The notes under the pieces are model-generated. The model saw only the letters and a list, made by a program, of their open reading frames with translations. It ran no database searches and was not told where the DNA came from. Below are positions 30,632-40,757 of a stretch of DNA of 64,000 nt, in pieces; position 1 is the first letter of the stretch; every line of letters starts with the position of its first letter. A program made the translations under genes and the position numbers. The DNA lies in assembly GCA_963668675.2 (NCBI GenBank), contig CAXXMB010000002.1, forward strand, positions 1,568,001-1,632,000. Direction: 5' to 3'. The stretch is from an uncultured Desulfatitalea sp. (GTDB lineage: Bacteria; Desulfobacterota; Desulfobacteria; Desulfobacterales; Desulfosarcinaceae).

Positions 30632-30713
30632 ATGAAAATATAAAATATGATACCCGATCATCCAGACAGGTATACGGCCTTCGATCAACAAAAATCGGTA
30701 CAAGGGGAAGTTT

Positions 30714-31487
30714 ATGAAAATTAAGGATAAAGTGGTTGTCGTCACTGGCGGCGCCTCGGGCATCGGTCGCGGGTTATGTCACCGGTTTGCCACCGAGGGG
30801 CCGAAGGGCATCGTGGTGTCCGATTATGATGAGAAAGGGGCTGCAGTGGTTGCCGAGCAGATTGGCGGCCTATCGGTCCCGGCCGATGTCGGTAAAGAGG
30901 CTGACATCAAAAATCTCGTTGATATCGCCACCCGCCATTTTGGACCAATTGATCTGTTTGTCTCAAACGCGGGCATCTCTGCACCGGGAGACGCCTTCAC
31001 CCCGGATTCGGATTGGCAGCGTTGCTGGGATGTCCATGTGATGGCCCATGTATATGCCGCCCGTGCCGTTCTGCCGTCCATGATCGAGCGCGGCGGCGGT
31101 TACCTGCTGCAAACAGGGTCCGCCGGAGGCTTGCTCACCACCCTTGGCGCAGCGCCTTATGCGATCAGCAAGCACGCTGCTGTCGCCTTCGCGGAATGGC
31201 TTTCGATCACCCATGCCCGCGACGGCATCAAAGTCAGTTGCCTCTGTCCCCTGGGCGTAAAAACTGGAATGCTTTCCGAAGAAACCGAAGGCATCGGCCA
31301 ATTGATCATGCAGACCGCTCTTTCTCCGGAGGAAGTTGCCGAACACGTCATTACGGGTCTGGAAAAGGAGGCGTTTCTTATTCTTCCCCATCCTGAGGTT
31401 CTGGCGTATTTTCAAAGCAAAGCCAACAACTATGAACGCTGGCTGCACCACATGCGCAAGGAACAGGAACAGTATGTCACACCATAA
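30714..31487 (+). CDS. SDR family oxidoreductase
   Basis: TGGASGIG, NAG and catalytic YAISK. Confidence 0.94.
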   Translation: MKIKDKVVVVTGGASGIGRGLCHRFATEGPKGIVVSDYDEKGAAVVAEQIGGLSVPADVGKEADIKNLVDIATRHFGPIDLFVSNAGISAPGDAFTPDSDWQRCWDVHVMAHVYAARAVLPSMIERGGGYLLQTGSAGGLLTTLGAAPYAISKHAAVAFAEWLSITHARDGIKVSCLCPLGVKTGMLSEETEGIGQLIMQTALSPEEVAEHVITGLEKEAFLILPHPEVLAYFQSKANNYERWLHHMRKEQEQYVTP

Positions 31488-31513
31488 TCAAGCCTGAAAG
31501 AGAGGACCACGAG

Positions 31514-32524
31514 ATGAAAGCAGCCGTGATGAATGGGGCAATGGACATCAGAACGGAGGTCGTGCCCGATCCCGTTCTCGAACCGCATGGGGTGATTATC
31601 AAGGTCAACGCATGCGGTATATGCGGCTCCGACCTGCACGTGTACAAACGTGACGAACAAGGGACCATCTTCGGGCATGAATTCAGCGGCGATGTGGTGG
31701 AGGTCGGTTCCCAGGTCTCCGGTATCACACCAGGCATGCGCGTGACCGCCGTTGGTTTCAAACCGTGCGGAAAATGCTTCTGGTGTGCGCAGGGCAAGGG
31801 GCATCGCTGCTCGGACATGGCGCTGCTCGGCTATCAGTTCCCAGGCGCAATGGCGGAGTATGTCCACGTCCCCTTTGCTGCATTGGGGCGGACCGTTTTC
31901 CCCATACCTGATCGGCTGAGCTACGAAGACGCGGCATCGGTGGAGCCGCTCTCCATCTCCTATTTTTCGGTCAACAGAGCCCAACCCAAGGAAGACGAAA
32001 CCATCGCCGTACTGGGGCTCGGCGTGATCGGCCTCTATGCCATACAGGTGCTGAAATCCATGGGCGTCTCCAAGATCGTGGCCAGCGGCCGCAGGGGTTC
32101 CCGCTTGGAAGCGGCAAAGGTGTGTGGTGCCGATATCGTCATTGATGCCGCGGAAGAGGATGCCGTCGCAGCAGCCATGTCAATGACCGGCAAGATGGGC
32201 GTCAATACGGTTATTGAATGCGCCGGGGTACAGGCAACATTCGACCAGTCTGTCGCCATGGCGCGCGGGGGAGGGAAAATCATGCTGGTGGGTATATATG
32301 AGCAGCCCCTTACCTGGGATCCGCTGCAGGTGATCTCCAAAAATCTCTCGCTGGTCGGTTGCTTGGGGGGCAATTTCCCCGCTTCAATCAATCTTCTCAA
32401 AGAGGGAAAAGTCAGCGCCAAACCCATGATCACGCATCGGTTTTCCCTTGATCAGGCAGCCGAGGCATTCCGGACGCAGCTCACGGATCCGGACGCCATC
32501 AAAGTAATGTTCAAACTCGAATAG
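31514..32524 (+). CDS. Zinc-dependent alcohol dehydrogenase (MDR)
   Basis: GICGSDLH, GHE, structural Zn CGKCFWC..C, GLGVIG. Confidence 0.94.
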   Translation: MKAAVMNGAMDIRTEVVPDPVLEPHGVIIKVNACGICGSDLHVYKRDEQGTIFGHEFSGDVVEVGSQVSGITPGMRVTAVGFKPCGKCFWCAQGKGHRCSDMALLGYQFPGAMAEYVHVPFAALGRTVFPIPDRLSYEDAASVEPLSISYFSVNRAQPKEDETIAVLGLGVIGLYAIQVLKSMGVSKIVASGRRGSRLEAAKVCGADIVIDAAEEDAVAAAMSMTGKMGVNTVIECAGVQATFDQSVAMARGGGKIMLVGIYEQPLTWDPLQVISKNLSLVGCLGGNFPASINLLKEGKVSAKPMITHRFSLDQAAEAFRTQLTDPDAIKVMFKLE

Positions 32525-32624
32525 GGATCATACGCGGCGGCAAGCCATTTCAACACGTTTTGGGGATGGCTTGCAGGAGGCGGCAGGTACATCCGTCAAT
32601 GCGCGTACAGGGGCAGCGGGCTGG

Positions 32625-33251
32625 CTACACAGCTATGACAGCTTTCATGATATGCGCCTCGACCAAGTCGATCAGCTCTTCTTTACTATGGCGTCTCAAA
32701 TTCCAGCTTCGCAGCGGATAAAGGGAGAGTTCGAAAATAATCATATTGGCCGTAAAAGAGGCGTCTTTAAATTCAAAGACCCTCTTTTCCAGGCCTGTCT
32801 TTAGAATTTCTTCTATATGAGTGACAAAATGGCTCTCTTTGATCAGAATCTGCTTGCGCAACTTGTCCGGCAGCAGCTTCGATTCCCTATAGAGAAGTAA
32901 AATCTCCTCCTTATGTTTATATGCAACGTTCAGTATCTCTCGAAGAACAAGCCTTAGTCGCTCGACGGGATCCTCGATACCGATGATCTCCTGCCTATGG
33001 AATATTTCGCTTTCCGGCCTGTGGATCATCTCGAAAACACGAAAGAGAATATCCTCTTTGCTCTCGATAAAGTAGTATAAATTACTGATATCGATCCCGG
33101 TTGCCCTGGATATCTGCCGCATGGACGTCTGCGCATACCCCTTTTTCATGAAGAGCTTTGCGGCTTTTTTAACGATCTGCAACTGTCTCTTTTGAAATAG
33201 GCTTTTTTTCCCGGCGGCTGAGGATCCGCTATCGGTTTGCTTTTTTCTCAT
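32625..33251 (-). CDS. TetR/AcrR family regulator (KstR2-like C-terminus)
   Basis: LFMKKGYAQTSMRQIS...LYYFIESKEDIL. Confidence 0.92.
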   Translation of the reverse strand: MRKKQTDSGSSAAGKKSLFQKRQLQIVKKAAKLFMKKGYAQTSMRQISRATGIDISNLYYFIESKEDILFRVFEMIHRPESEIFHRQEIIGIEDPVERLRLVLREILNVAYKHKEEILLLYRESKLLPDKLRKQILIKESHFVTHIEEILKTGLEKRVFEFKDASFTANMIIFELSLYPLRSWNLRRHSKEELIDLVEAHIMKAVIAV

Positions 33252-33357
33252 AACAACGCTGATCCTTTTTTGGAACTAGCTGACTTTTAAACTAAATTAG
33301 ACCGCACTGTCAATTGGATATATTGGAAATTTTGGAGAAATCTGAATTTGATATATA

Positions 33358-33371
33358 ACAACGTACGTTGT
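33358..33371. promoter_or_regulatory. Second copy of operator ACAACGTACGTTGT
   Basis: Identical to 30618-30631, including the 5' flank ATATA. Confidence 0.8.
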
Positions 33372-33462
33372 GAGAAGAGATGATATTATGGTTCAGCAAC
33401 TCAACATCCCGGTTTCGCAAAATCCACATATGAAAGAGGGGCCGGATTGCGTGTCGGCCGAC

Positions 33463-33951
33463 CTATAGAATCAACTGCCAATCACCGACATCGATCCATT
33501 GATTGAACTTGAAGCCCACCTCCTTGAAATGGGCGGCCTTTGTAAAGCCGAACTTTTCATGGAGAGCGATGCTTGCCTGGTTGGGCAACGCAATGACGCC
33601 GATGGCCACGTGGACCCCTCGATGGCGGAGGTCGTCAAGCAGCCGGCTGAAGAGCCCTGAACCAATGCCTTGTCCTTCGAGCCCCGGTTTAACGTAAACG
33701 GTGACCTCTACACAAAACCGATAGGCGGAACGCTCTTTCCATTTGCTGGCATAGGCATAGCCTATGATTTCACCGGATTGCTCTGCAACGAACCAAGGCA
33801 GCGCATCGGAGCGGACTTTCTCGATGCGGCGACGCATCTCGGAAGAAGAGACGCACTCCTCCTCGAACGTGATGATCGTCTCTGTGACAAAATAAGTGTA
33901 TATTCCCGCCATGGCTTCCGCATCGGATGCGGCAGCGTTTCGAATGGTCAT
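33463..33951 (-). CDS. GNAT acetyltransferase (phosphinothricin/YncA-like)
   Basis: ITFEE, GYAYAS.WKERSAY, GQGIG, PNQASIALHEKFGF and VGFKF motifs. Confidence 0.92.
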   Translation of the reverse strand: MTIRNAAASDAEAMAGIYTYFVTETIITFEEECVSSSEMRRRIEKVRSDALPWFVAEQSGEIIGYAYASKWKERSAYRFCVEVTVYVKPGLEGQGIGSGLFSRLLDDLRHRGVHVAIGVIALPNQASIALHEKFGFTKAAHFKEVGFKFNQWIDVGDWQLIL

Positions 33952-34049
33952 CGTTTCTCTCCCAATACAATTTTTTCATTGAATGAGCGCTCGCCTGCGC
34001 ATGCTATCAAGGTCGTGATCCTCATACTGCTCCTTTTTAATCAGCACCT

Positions 34050-34790
34050 CTACAAAACATCCAGGTATTGCAAGACAAGTAAAACGGTGATCGCTGCCAG
34101 TACTCTTCTAAGCCATCTGCGATAGACCTCTGCTTTGATGCGATTCCGGTAGTGCATTCCAACCCCCAATGCAATCAACGCCATACCGATGATCGGAATG
34201 GCAACGAGCAGATGGGCGCCGGACAGATACCCATGGGACGCCAAAATTGCGCCCTGGCTGAGCTTGCCGAAGAAGAAGCAGAAGTTGAACAGCTGGACGG
34301 TGACCAGCGGCGTCAACTTCATCTCGAGCGCAAAGATAATCAGCGCCGGCAGCATGACATTGACGGTGCCGGCCAGCACGCCGCCGATAAGGCCGAACAG
34401 GGCACTGGCCAGAATCACGTGGCGCTGCACCCATTGCAGGCGCACACCGAATCGATGGACATTCAGATAGATCGCGATCATGGCCGCCATGAGCAGCTTA
34501 TAGGGCGCCGGGTCGGTAAACACCAACAGCTGGGTGCCCAACAGGCTGCCAAAAGCCCCGAACAGGGCCAACGGCCAGAATCGTCCGATGCTTTCGCGCC
34601 AATGCCCGCCGTGGACCACATTGACCACATTGATGGCCATGGTGGGCAGTACCAGCATGACAATGGCGGCCTTGACATCGCTGATCAAAGTCAGCAGCGG
34701 CGTCGCCAGCATTGGAAACCCCATCCCCAGGAGGCCATGCACCAGGGCGGAAAAGCTGATAATAGCGTAGGTTGCGATCTGGCTCAGCAC
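34050..34790 (-). CDS. TauE/SafE family membrane transporter
   Basis: HGLLGMGFP motif and about eight TMs in two repeats. Confidence 0.85.
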   Translation of the reverse strand: MLSQIATYAIISFSALVHGLLGMGFPMLATPLLTLISDVKAAIVMLVLPTMAINVVNVVHGGHWRESIGRFWPLALFGAFGSLLGTQLLVFTDPAPYKLLMAAMIAIYLNVHRFGVRLQWVQRHVILASALFGLIGGVLAGTVNVMLPALIIFALEMKLTPLVTVQLFNFCFFFGKLSQGAILASHGYLSGAHLLVAIPIIGMALIALGVGMHYRNRIKAEVYRRWLRRVLAAITVLLVLQYLDVL

Positions 34791-35003
34791 GTCGGCAGCA
34801 TCCTCTCCAAAGCGTCACATCGACTCTAACCTAAGCCTCCAAAACGAAAACACAATATATGCCGCCCAAGGGTAAATCAGCGCATTGACCGTCGCAGCGA
34901 CATTGCACTATTGGTTTGGCTTGATGAAAATCGAAATGTGCAATAGGCTTGATTCATGATTGTGCCGCAACTGACAACCCCATATGATTGAAAAGAGGCA
35001 GCC

Positions 35004-35669
35004 GTGGAAAATCTATCTCCCTATTTGACCCCCACCGAAGTGATTGACAGCGACCATCCGTCCGTCATCGAATATGCCCGCAGGTCATCCGGAAGCGGCA
35101 TAGATGACCTCTCTAAGGCCTGCTCGCTGTTCGCCGCCGTGCGCGATGAGGTAATCTACGATCCGGTGACCCATTTTTACCGCCAATCCCACTACCAGGC
35201 CAGCAACGTACTGGATCGCAAAAGCGGCTACTGCGTCTCCAAGGCGTGCCTCTTGTGCGCCCTGGGCAGGGCCATGGGCATCCCCACCCGCCTCGGCTTT
35301 GCGGATATTCGCAATCACGGTGCAAGCCGTCAGATCATCGATATGATGGGCACCAACGTCTTCACCTTTCATGGATTCGTCGAATTTTTCCTGAACGACC
35401 GCTGGGTCAAGGCCACACCGGCCTTTGATCGCAGCGTATATGAAAAGCATCACATTCCCCTGGTGACATTTAACGGCCGCGAGGATGCCGTCTTCCCCTC
35501 TCATGACCTGAATGGCAATTTATACGTGGAGTATATCGCCTACCATGGCGTATTTGCCGATCTGCCTCTGGCAGATTTAATGCTGGCGTTCAGGAAAACG
35601 TATGGAAATACGCGCGTCGATCAATGGATCGAGATGCTTGAATCCGATCTGCCTGTGGAAACCCAGTGA
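35004..35669 (+). CDS. Transglutaminase-like family protein
   Basis: YLTPTEVIDSDHP, catalytic GYCVSKA, HG and WVKATPAF. Confidence 0.9.
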   Translation: MENLSPYLTPTEVIDSDHPSVIEYARRSSGSGIDDLSKACSLFAAVRDEVIYDPVTHFYRQSHYQASNVLDRKSGYCVSKACLLCALGRAMGIPTRLGFADIRNHGASRQIIDMMGTNVFTFHGFVEFFLNDRWVKATPAFDRSVYEKHHIPLVTFNGREDAVFPSHDLNGNLYVEYIAYHGVFADLPLADLMLAFRKTYGNTRVDQWIEMLESDLPVETQ

Positions 35670-35670
35670 T

Positions 35671-35784
35671 ATGAATACACCACACCTCAAGGTCATTTTG
35701 ATCATCCTCTTCTTCTTAACCGTTATCGCTATCCCCTTTGTGTGGTTTGGAGCGATAGAATCGTCGGCGAGAAAAGCAAACTAG
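35671..35784 (+). CDS. Candidate 37-aa single-TM small protein
   Basis: ATG 1 nt after the upstream stop; MNTPHLKVILIILFFLTVIAIPFVWFGAIESSARKAN. Confidence 0.4.
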   Translation: MNTPHLKVILIILFFLTVIAIPFVWFGAIESSARKAN

Positions 35785-35897
35785 GTTAAGACCCTATGGC
35801 CAACGGAATAATCGTGCTTATAGATTGTATCGTCCGTACGAAGCTATAAAACCATAAAAACGGCCAACGACTATCCTTAAAACATAAGGGGGGGGAA

Positions 35898-36365
35898 ATG
35901 AAAAAATCAGCCAGTCTTATCAGTTTGATCACAGCGGTTTATCTTCTGTTGGGATTCGGATCTCCGGTGTTCGCGGCCGGCACCGGGCTCGTCGACCTTC
36001 TGGTCAACAGCCTTAGCGTTACCTCTCAGCAGGCAGAAGGCGGCGCAGGAGCCATCTTCAACACTGCGAAGGGAAATATGTCCGCTGAAGACTTTTCAAC
36101 GGTCACCACCAAAATGCCGGAGGTCGAATCGCTTATAGCCAAAGCACCTGAAACGGGAAAAAGCTCAGGTCTGTTGGGGAGCGCCTCGTCCATGCTGGGT
36201 GAAAAAGGTGGCTCACTCGGAAAAATGACCGGTTTGTACGACTCCTTTTCCAAACTCGGATTGAGCAAAGAGATGATCGGCCAATTTATGCCGATTATTT
36301 ATAACTATGCCGAATCCAAGGGAGGACCCGCTATCTCCAACCTGCTTAAAGCAGCCCTACAGTAA
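35898..36365 (+). CDS. DUF2780 family exported protein
   Basis: Signal peptide, L.VT.QQAEGGAGAIF and FSKLGLS..MI.QF motifs. Confidence 0.82.
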   Translation: MKKSASLISLITAVYLLLGFGSPVFAAGTGLVDLLVNSLSVTSQQAEGGAGAIFNTAKGNMSAEDFSTVTTKMPEVESLIAKAPETGKSSGLLGSASSMLGEKGGSLGKMTGLYDSFSKLGLSKEMIGQFMPIIYNYAESKGGPAISNLLKAALQ

Positions 36366-36549
36366 ATCGATGAGCCAGGGCTGGCGGTAAGCCATTCCTG
36401 GCTCAATCCTCCAACCTTACCGCTGGCCTCAATATTTCCCATCGTCATAGCCAAAAGCGCCGGAAACCTCTGATTGCCCCAACAGGACAATAACCGTTGT
36501 GTCTGTTTTATAAGCTTAACCTTCGGATTTCGTTAAACCTGCACAGGGA

Positions 36550-36729
36550 GGCGAGACCAGTGGGTGGTCTGCACCTAATCAGCATTGCGTGTTAGTGCCG
36601 GTTAGGTGCAGTGGAGAATCAACGGCCCGGACTGTTTGAGCGCAAGCGAGTTTCCGGGCCACCCGGAACTGCACCTTAACGGCACTTACATGCGTTTGCG
36701 TCAGGTGCAGACCACCCACTGGTCTCGCC
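36550..36729. mobile_element. 180-nt palindromic MITE/REP-like element with perfect 27-bp terminal inverted repeats
   Basis: ggcgagaccagtgggtggtctgcacct and its exact reverse complement at 36703-36729. Inner arms also pair around a central tgtttgagcgcaagcgagtt. Confidence 0.75.
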
Positions 36730-36787
36730 GTATCCTTGCCGCCAAAAATTGATGAAAATCAATAACTTACTCCTCGGCAATAAGAGG

Positions 36788-36820
36788 TTGACAATTTTCT
36801 TGTAAGTAAGTATTACTCAC
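36788..36820 (+). promoter_or_regulatory. Sigma70-like promoter overlapped by a TetR-type operator
   Basis: TTGACA-17nt-TATTAC; palindrome GTAAGTAA-GTA-TTACTCAC at 36802-36820. Confidence 0.7.
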
Positions 36821-36855
36821 CAATACCTTAAATTAAGGAAGCACCGAGCTCCTGT

Positions 36856-37449
36856 ATGAAACACAAAGGCAAAACCAACCCTCCGGGACGCAAAAAAATC
36901 ATCGAAGCCCTGACCCGGCTCATGTGGACCAACGATTTCCAATCGGTCACCACGGCCGAAATTGCCGAGTCGGCAGGTGTCACCGAAGGGCTCATCTATA
37001 AATATTTCAATAGCAAAAAAGACCTGCTCTACCAGGTCCTCAACGACCTTTTCGCCCAATTCAACGAAACGATTCTCCAGCGCATCGCCGGCAAGTCCTC
37101 CGCCATCGAAAAACTGGAGGTCATTATCTGCTCGAGCATCGAGTACTATACCGCCAATCGTGTGTTCGCCCGGATCCTGCTGCTCGAGGTGAGAAACTCC
37201 CAAGAGTATTTCAATTCCGAAGCTTACAAAAGGGTCAGGGCATACGCCCACAACATTCTGGAAATTATCAGCGAAGGCATTGGCAGCGGCGAAATCAAAC
37301 CCGACGCCGATCCGCAAATCCTCAGAAAAATCATCTTGGGTGCCATCGAACACGCCTGTGTCGGGGAGATCATCTTCTCAAGGGACCTCGATGCGCCATC
37401 GGTCACCCAAAGCATATCAACCATCATATTCAATGGTGCCAAAGCATGA
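36856..37449 (+). CDS. TetR/AcrR family regulator
   Basis: TTAEIAESAGVTEGLIYKYFNSKKDLL. Confidence 0.93.
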   Translation: MKHKGKTNPPGRKKIIEALTRLMWTNDFQSVTTAEIAESAGVTEGLIYKYFNSKKDLLYQVLNDLFAQFNETILQRIAGKSSAIEKLEVIICSSIEYYTANRVFARILLLEVRNSQEYFNSEAYKRVRAYAHNILEIISEGIGSGEIKPDADPQILRKIILGAIEHACVGEIIFSRDLDAPSVTQSISTIIFNGAKA

Positions 37450-39641
37450 AAAACAGAAGCGACATCCAGACAATGATCAATGCCAGTCTAACCGACGGGG
37501 CCAACGTCATCTGTGAAGATGAGGCCAAAACCATCCTCGCGCAATTTGGCGTCCCGGTGGTGTCCGAAACCCGCGCTGCAACGCCTGAAGCCGCCGGCGC
37601 GGCGGCCGCCAAAATTGGATTCCCGGTCGTGCTCAAAGCGGTCGGCCAACAGATCCTTCACAAAACCGAATCCGGCCTGGTAAAGATCGGGCTGCAGAGC
37701 GAAGCAGAGGTTGCCGCTGCGGCGAAAGAGATGGCGGCCCGATGCCCGCACCCGATCGAGGCCTTCCTGGTGCAACCGCAAATTCAGGGGCAGCGTGAGT
37801 TTGTGGCCGGCGTATTCAACGACCCCCTCTTCGGGCCGGTGGTGATGTTCGGCCTCGGCGGCATTTTCACCGAGGCGCTGAACGATGCGATATTCAAAGT
37901 GGCCCCCCTCGAACCGGCCGACATCGAGGCGATGTTGACCGAGCTGCGCTCGAAGAAACTACTGGGGGCCTTCCGGGGCGAAGCGGCGGCCGACAAGGTT
38001 GTGCTGCGACGGACGCTCAAGGGACTTTCGGATCTGGCCGTGCAGTTTCCGCAGATCAAAGAGATCGATATCAATCCCCTGATCATAGCGCCCAACGGCA
38101 GCCCGGTGGCAGTGGATGCCCTGATCGTCACCGGCGAACACCACTCGGCGGCGCCCAGGCGAACGGAGGTCAACCGCAAGACACTCAGCTCCTGTTACTA
38201 CCCCGAGTCGGTGGTCTTCATCGGCGCCTCGGGCTCCATTTCCAAATGGGGCCATATGATCCCCACCAACATCATCAACGGCAAATTCAAGGGCAGGGTT
38301 TATCTGGTCAATCCCAAAGGCGGGCAGATCGTCGGGCGGACCGCTTACCGCTCGGTCAGCGAGATCGACGATAAAATCGATCTGGCCGTGATCACCATTC
38401 CGGCCGCCAAGGTGCTGGCGCAGATCCCCCTCCTGCAGAAGAAAAAGGTCAAAGCCATGCTGCTGATCTCGTCCGGGTTCCGAGAAACCGGAGAGGAGGG
38501 GCGCCGGCTCGAAGACGAAGTGGTGGCAGCGGCAAGGGAGGCGGGCATCCTCATCTTCGGACCCAACACCATGGGCATCTGCAATCCGCACATCGATCTC
38601 TTCTGCTGCGGCGTGCACGTCTACCCGATGCCGGGATCGACCTCCCTGGTATGTCAGTCAGGCAACATGGGCACCCAGCTGCTCGCCTTTGCCGAACAAC
38701 AGGACATTGGCATCCGTGCCTTTTCCGGCTCGGGCAACGAAGCGATGGTCACCCTGGAAGATTACATGGAGGCTTTCGAAGACGACGACCTGACCCGAAC
38801 CGTGGTGCTCTACATCGAAAGCGTCAAAGATGGCGCCCGCTTCTTCCAGAGCGCCCGCCGGGTCTCGAAAAAAAAACCCGTCGTCGTGCTCAAGGGCGGC
38901 CGAACGTCCGAGGGCGGCCAGGCGGCATCGAGCCACACCGGCGCCCTGGCGTCCGATTTTCGCATTTTTGAAGCCGCCTGCCGCCAAGCCGGCATCATTC
39001 AGGTCAAACAGCCGATCGATCTTCTCGATCTATCAGCCGTCTTCTCGTCCCTCCCGCTGCCCAAAGGCAACCGGGTGGCCATCATGACCCTGGGCGGCGG
39101 ATGGGGCGTTGTCACCACCGACCTTTGCGTCGAGCACGGCCTGACATTACCGCCGCTCTCCGAGGAGATCATCACCCGGCTCGATCAGATTCTGCCCGAC
39201 TATTGGAGCCGAAGCAACCCGGCCGACATTGTGGGCGAACACGACCCGAATATCCCCATGACGGCTATGGAAGCGCTGATGAAGTGGGATGGGTGCGACG
39301 CGGTCATCCACCTGGGCATCAATGGCAGGCGGATTTTGGCACGCAAGATGCTTGACTCCATCGCCAACACCGATCCGGCCTATTCAGCAAAAGAGTTAGA
39401 AGATATTGGGGCCATGGCCGTCGAATTCGAAAATCTGTACATACGACATGTCGTCAAGCTGATCGAGCAGTACCAGAAACCGGTCCTGGGTGTCAGCCTC
39501 CTGACCGACGCGGATTCCAAGACCCTCTACCGGGTTGCGGGCGCGCAATACAAGGGCGTCTTCTTCCCCTCCCCCGAGAGGGCGGTCAAGGCATTATCGG
39601 GCATGTGTCGCTATCAGCAATGGCTTGAGGACAACAGATAA
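37446..39641 (+). CDS. ADP-forming acyl/acetate-CoA ligase (ATP-grasp beta domain before alpha domain)
   Basis: GFPVVLK...HKTE, DPLFGP, EIDINP, then VNPK, GPNTMG, QSG, SGNEA and phospho-His ASSHTG. Confidence 0.92.
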   Translation: MKNRSDIQTMINASLTDGANVICEDEAKTILAQFGVPVVSETRAATPEAAGAAAAKIGFPVVLKAVGQQILHKTESGLVKIGLQSEAEVAAAAKEMAARCPHPIEAFLVQPQIQGQREFVAGVFNDPLFGPVVMFGLGGIFTEALNDAIFKVAPLEPADIEAMLTELRSKKLLGAFRGEAAADKVVLRRTLKGLSDLAVQFPQIKEIDINPLIIAPNGSPVAVDALIVTGEHHSAAPRRTEVNRKTLSSCYYPESVVFIGASGSISKWGHMIPTNIINGKFKGRVYLVNPKGGQIVGRTAYRSVSEIDDKIDLAVITIPAAKVLAQIPLLQKKKVKAMLLISSGFRETGEEGRRLEDEVVAAAREAGILIFGPNTMGICNPHIDLFCCGVHVYPMPGSTSLVCQSGNMGTQLLAFAEQQDIGIRAFSGSGNEAMVTLEDYMEAFEDDDLTRTVVLYIESVKDGARFFQSARRVSKKKPVVVLKGGRTSEGGQAASSHTGALASDFRIFEAACRQAGIIQVKQPIDLLDLSAVFSSLPLPKGNRVAIMTLGGGWGVVTTDLCVEHGLTLPPLSEEIITRLDQILPDYWSRSNPADIVGEHDPNIPMTAMEALMKWDGCDAVIHLGINGRRILARKMLDSIANTDPAYSAKELEDIGAMAVEFENLYIRHVVKLIEQYQKPVLGVSLLTDADSKTLYRVAGAQYKGVFFPSPERAVKALSGMCRYQQWLEDNR

Positions 39642-39696
39642 GAGATAAAACGCAGTAAAATCTTCTATCTTCGATGTGAATGGCTGGCCAAACGGT

Positions 39697-39840
39697 TAAG
39701 AAACGATCTGTTCGCAGCACCTTCCTGATGCCGTCTCTCCATGCCGAGGGCACACCGGCACCATCTGCATAGTGCGGCCAATGGGGTGCAGCTTCGCGCA
39801 CCTCCGCTACAATTGTCTCCGCACGTCCCCGTTTCAGTGA
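39697..39840 (-). pseudogene. Probable C-terminal remnant of a HipA-family toxin kinase
   Basis: In-frame SLKRGRAETIVAEVREAAPHWPHYADGAGVPSAWRDGIRKVLR resembles HipA C-terminal helices (recognised from memory). No N-terminal part; cut at the cytochrome gene stop. Confidence 0.55.
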
Positions 39841-39841
39841 A

Positions 39842-40087
39842 TTACAAGGAGTCGTTGTGACATTTCAAACAGCCGGTGAAATCGGGATGGGTGGTCGGCG
39901 GCCCTGACGGGTCTCGCTCCGGATGGTGGCATTCAAGGCACTCTTGATCCGTCTTTGCATCCGCATGGATCTGCGGATATTGTTGGATGGAGGGGCCGTG
40001 CATGCCGAGGTAATAACGATAGGCACAACCTGAGGCAAATAACATCAGGGAAAGTCCGACGAGGGTAATCAAGGATGTAAGCTTCAC
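39842..40087 (-). CDS. Small diheme cytochrome c lipoprotein
   Basis: ASGC lipobox and two CxxCH motifs (CLECH, CLKCH); GTG start overlaps the ABC ATPase stop; AAGGAG RBS. Confidence 0.82.
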   Translation of the reverse strand: MKLTSLITLVGLSLMLFASGCAYRYYLGMHGPSIQQYPQIHADAKTDQECLECHHPERDPSGPPTTHPDFTGCLKCHNDSL

Positions 40088-40755
40088 GGGTGATTCTCCT
40101 TTCGTCCGTCTTTTAACGCCAGTCGATGGTCGGCTGCACGGATCACCTCCGGGTCGTGACTGGCAATCAACAGGGTACATTGCTGATGTCTGCCGAGCGA
40201 CACCATCAACTGAATCAAATGTCGGCCGGTGGCCGAATCGAGACTGGCCGTGGGTTCGTCGGCCAGCAGAATTCTTGGTGCATGCGCGATGGCACGGGCA
40301 AATGCCACCCGCTGGGTTTCACCGCCAGACAGTTCGCGGGGCAGTGCCGAGCCCAGATCCGGCAATTCAATGGCGTTGAGCAGTTCGTTGATCCGATCTC
40401 TTCTTCGACTACCGTCAATACCGTTTAGTGCCAGAGGCAGGGCCAGGTTTTCGCTTACGGTGAGATAGGAGAGCAGGTTGCCCTGCTGAAAGAGAAAGCC
40501 GACCTGCTTCCTTTGAAAATGCGCCAGGTCGCTGCGGGGCAACCCATTGATGTCGACGCCGTCGGATAAAACCGACCCCCGGTCCGGCCTTTCCAGCCCG
40601 CCGATACAGTTCAGCAGCGTGGTTTTTCCAGATCCGGATTTGCCGGAAATAACAAAGTTCTCCCCTGCCTTAACTTCGAATGAGATATTCTCCAGGGCGG
40701 TCACTTTTCCCCGACCGGAAGTAAATGTTTTGCAAAGCGCTTTGACTTCAATCAC
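40084..40755 (-). CDS. ABC transporter ATP-binding protein (LolD/MacB-like)
   Basis: GKSGSGKT, LSGGE.QR, LADEPT and SHD motifs. Confidence 0.93.
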   Translation of the reverse strand: MIEVKALCKTFTSGRGKVTALENISFEVKAGENFVISGKSGSGKTTLLNCIGGLERPDRGSVLSDGVDINGLPRSDLAHFQRKQVGFLFQQGNLLSYLTVSENLALPLALNGIDGSRRRDRINELLNAIELPDLGSALPRELSGGETQRVAFARAIAHAPRILLADEPTASLDSATGRHLIQLMVSLGRHQQCTLLIASHDPEVIRAADHRLALKDGRKENHP

Positions 40756-40757
40756 GG

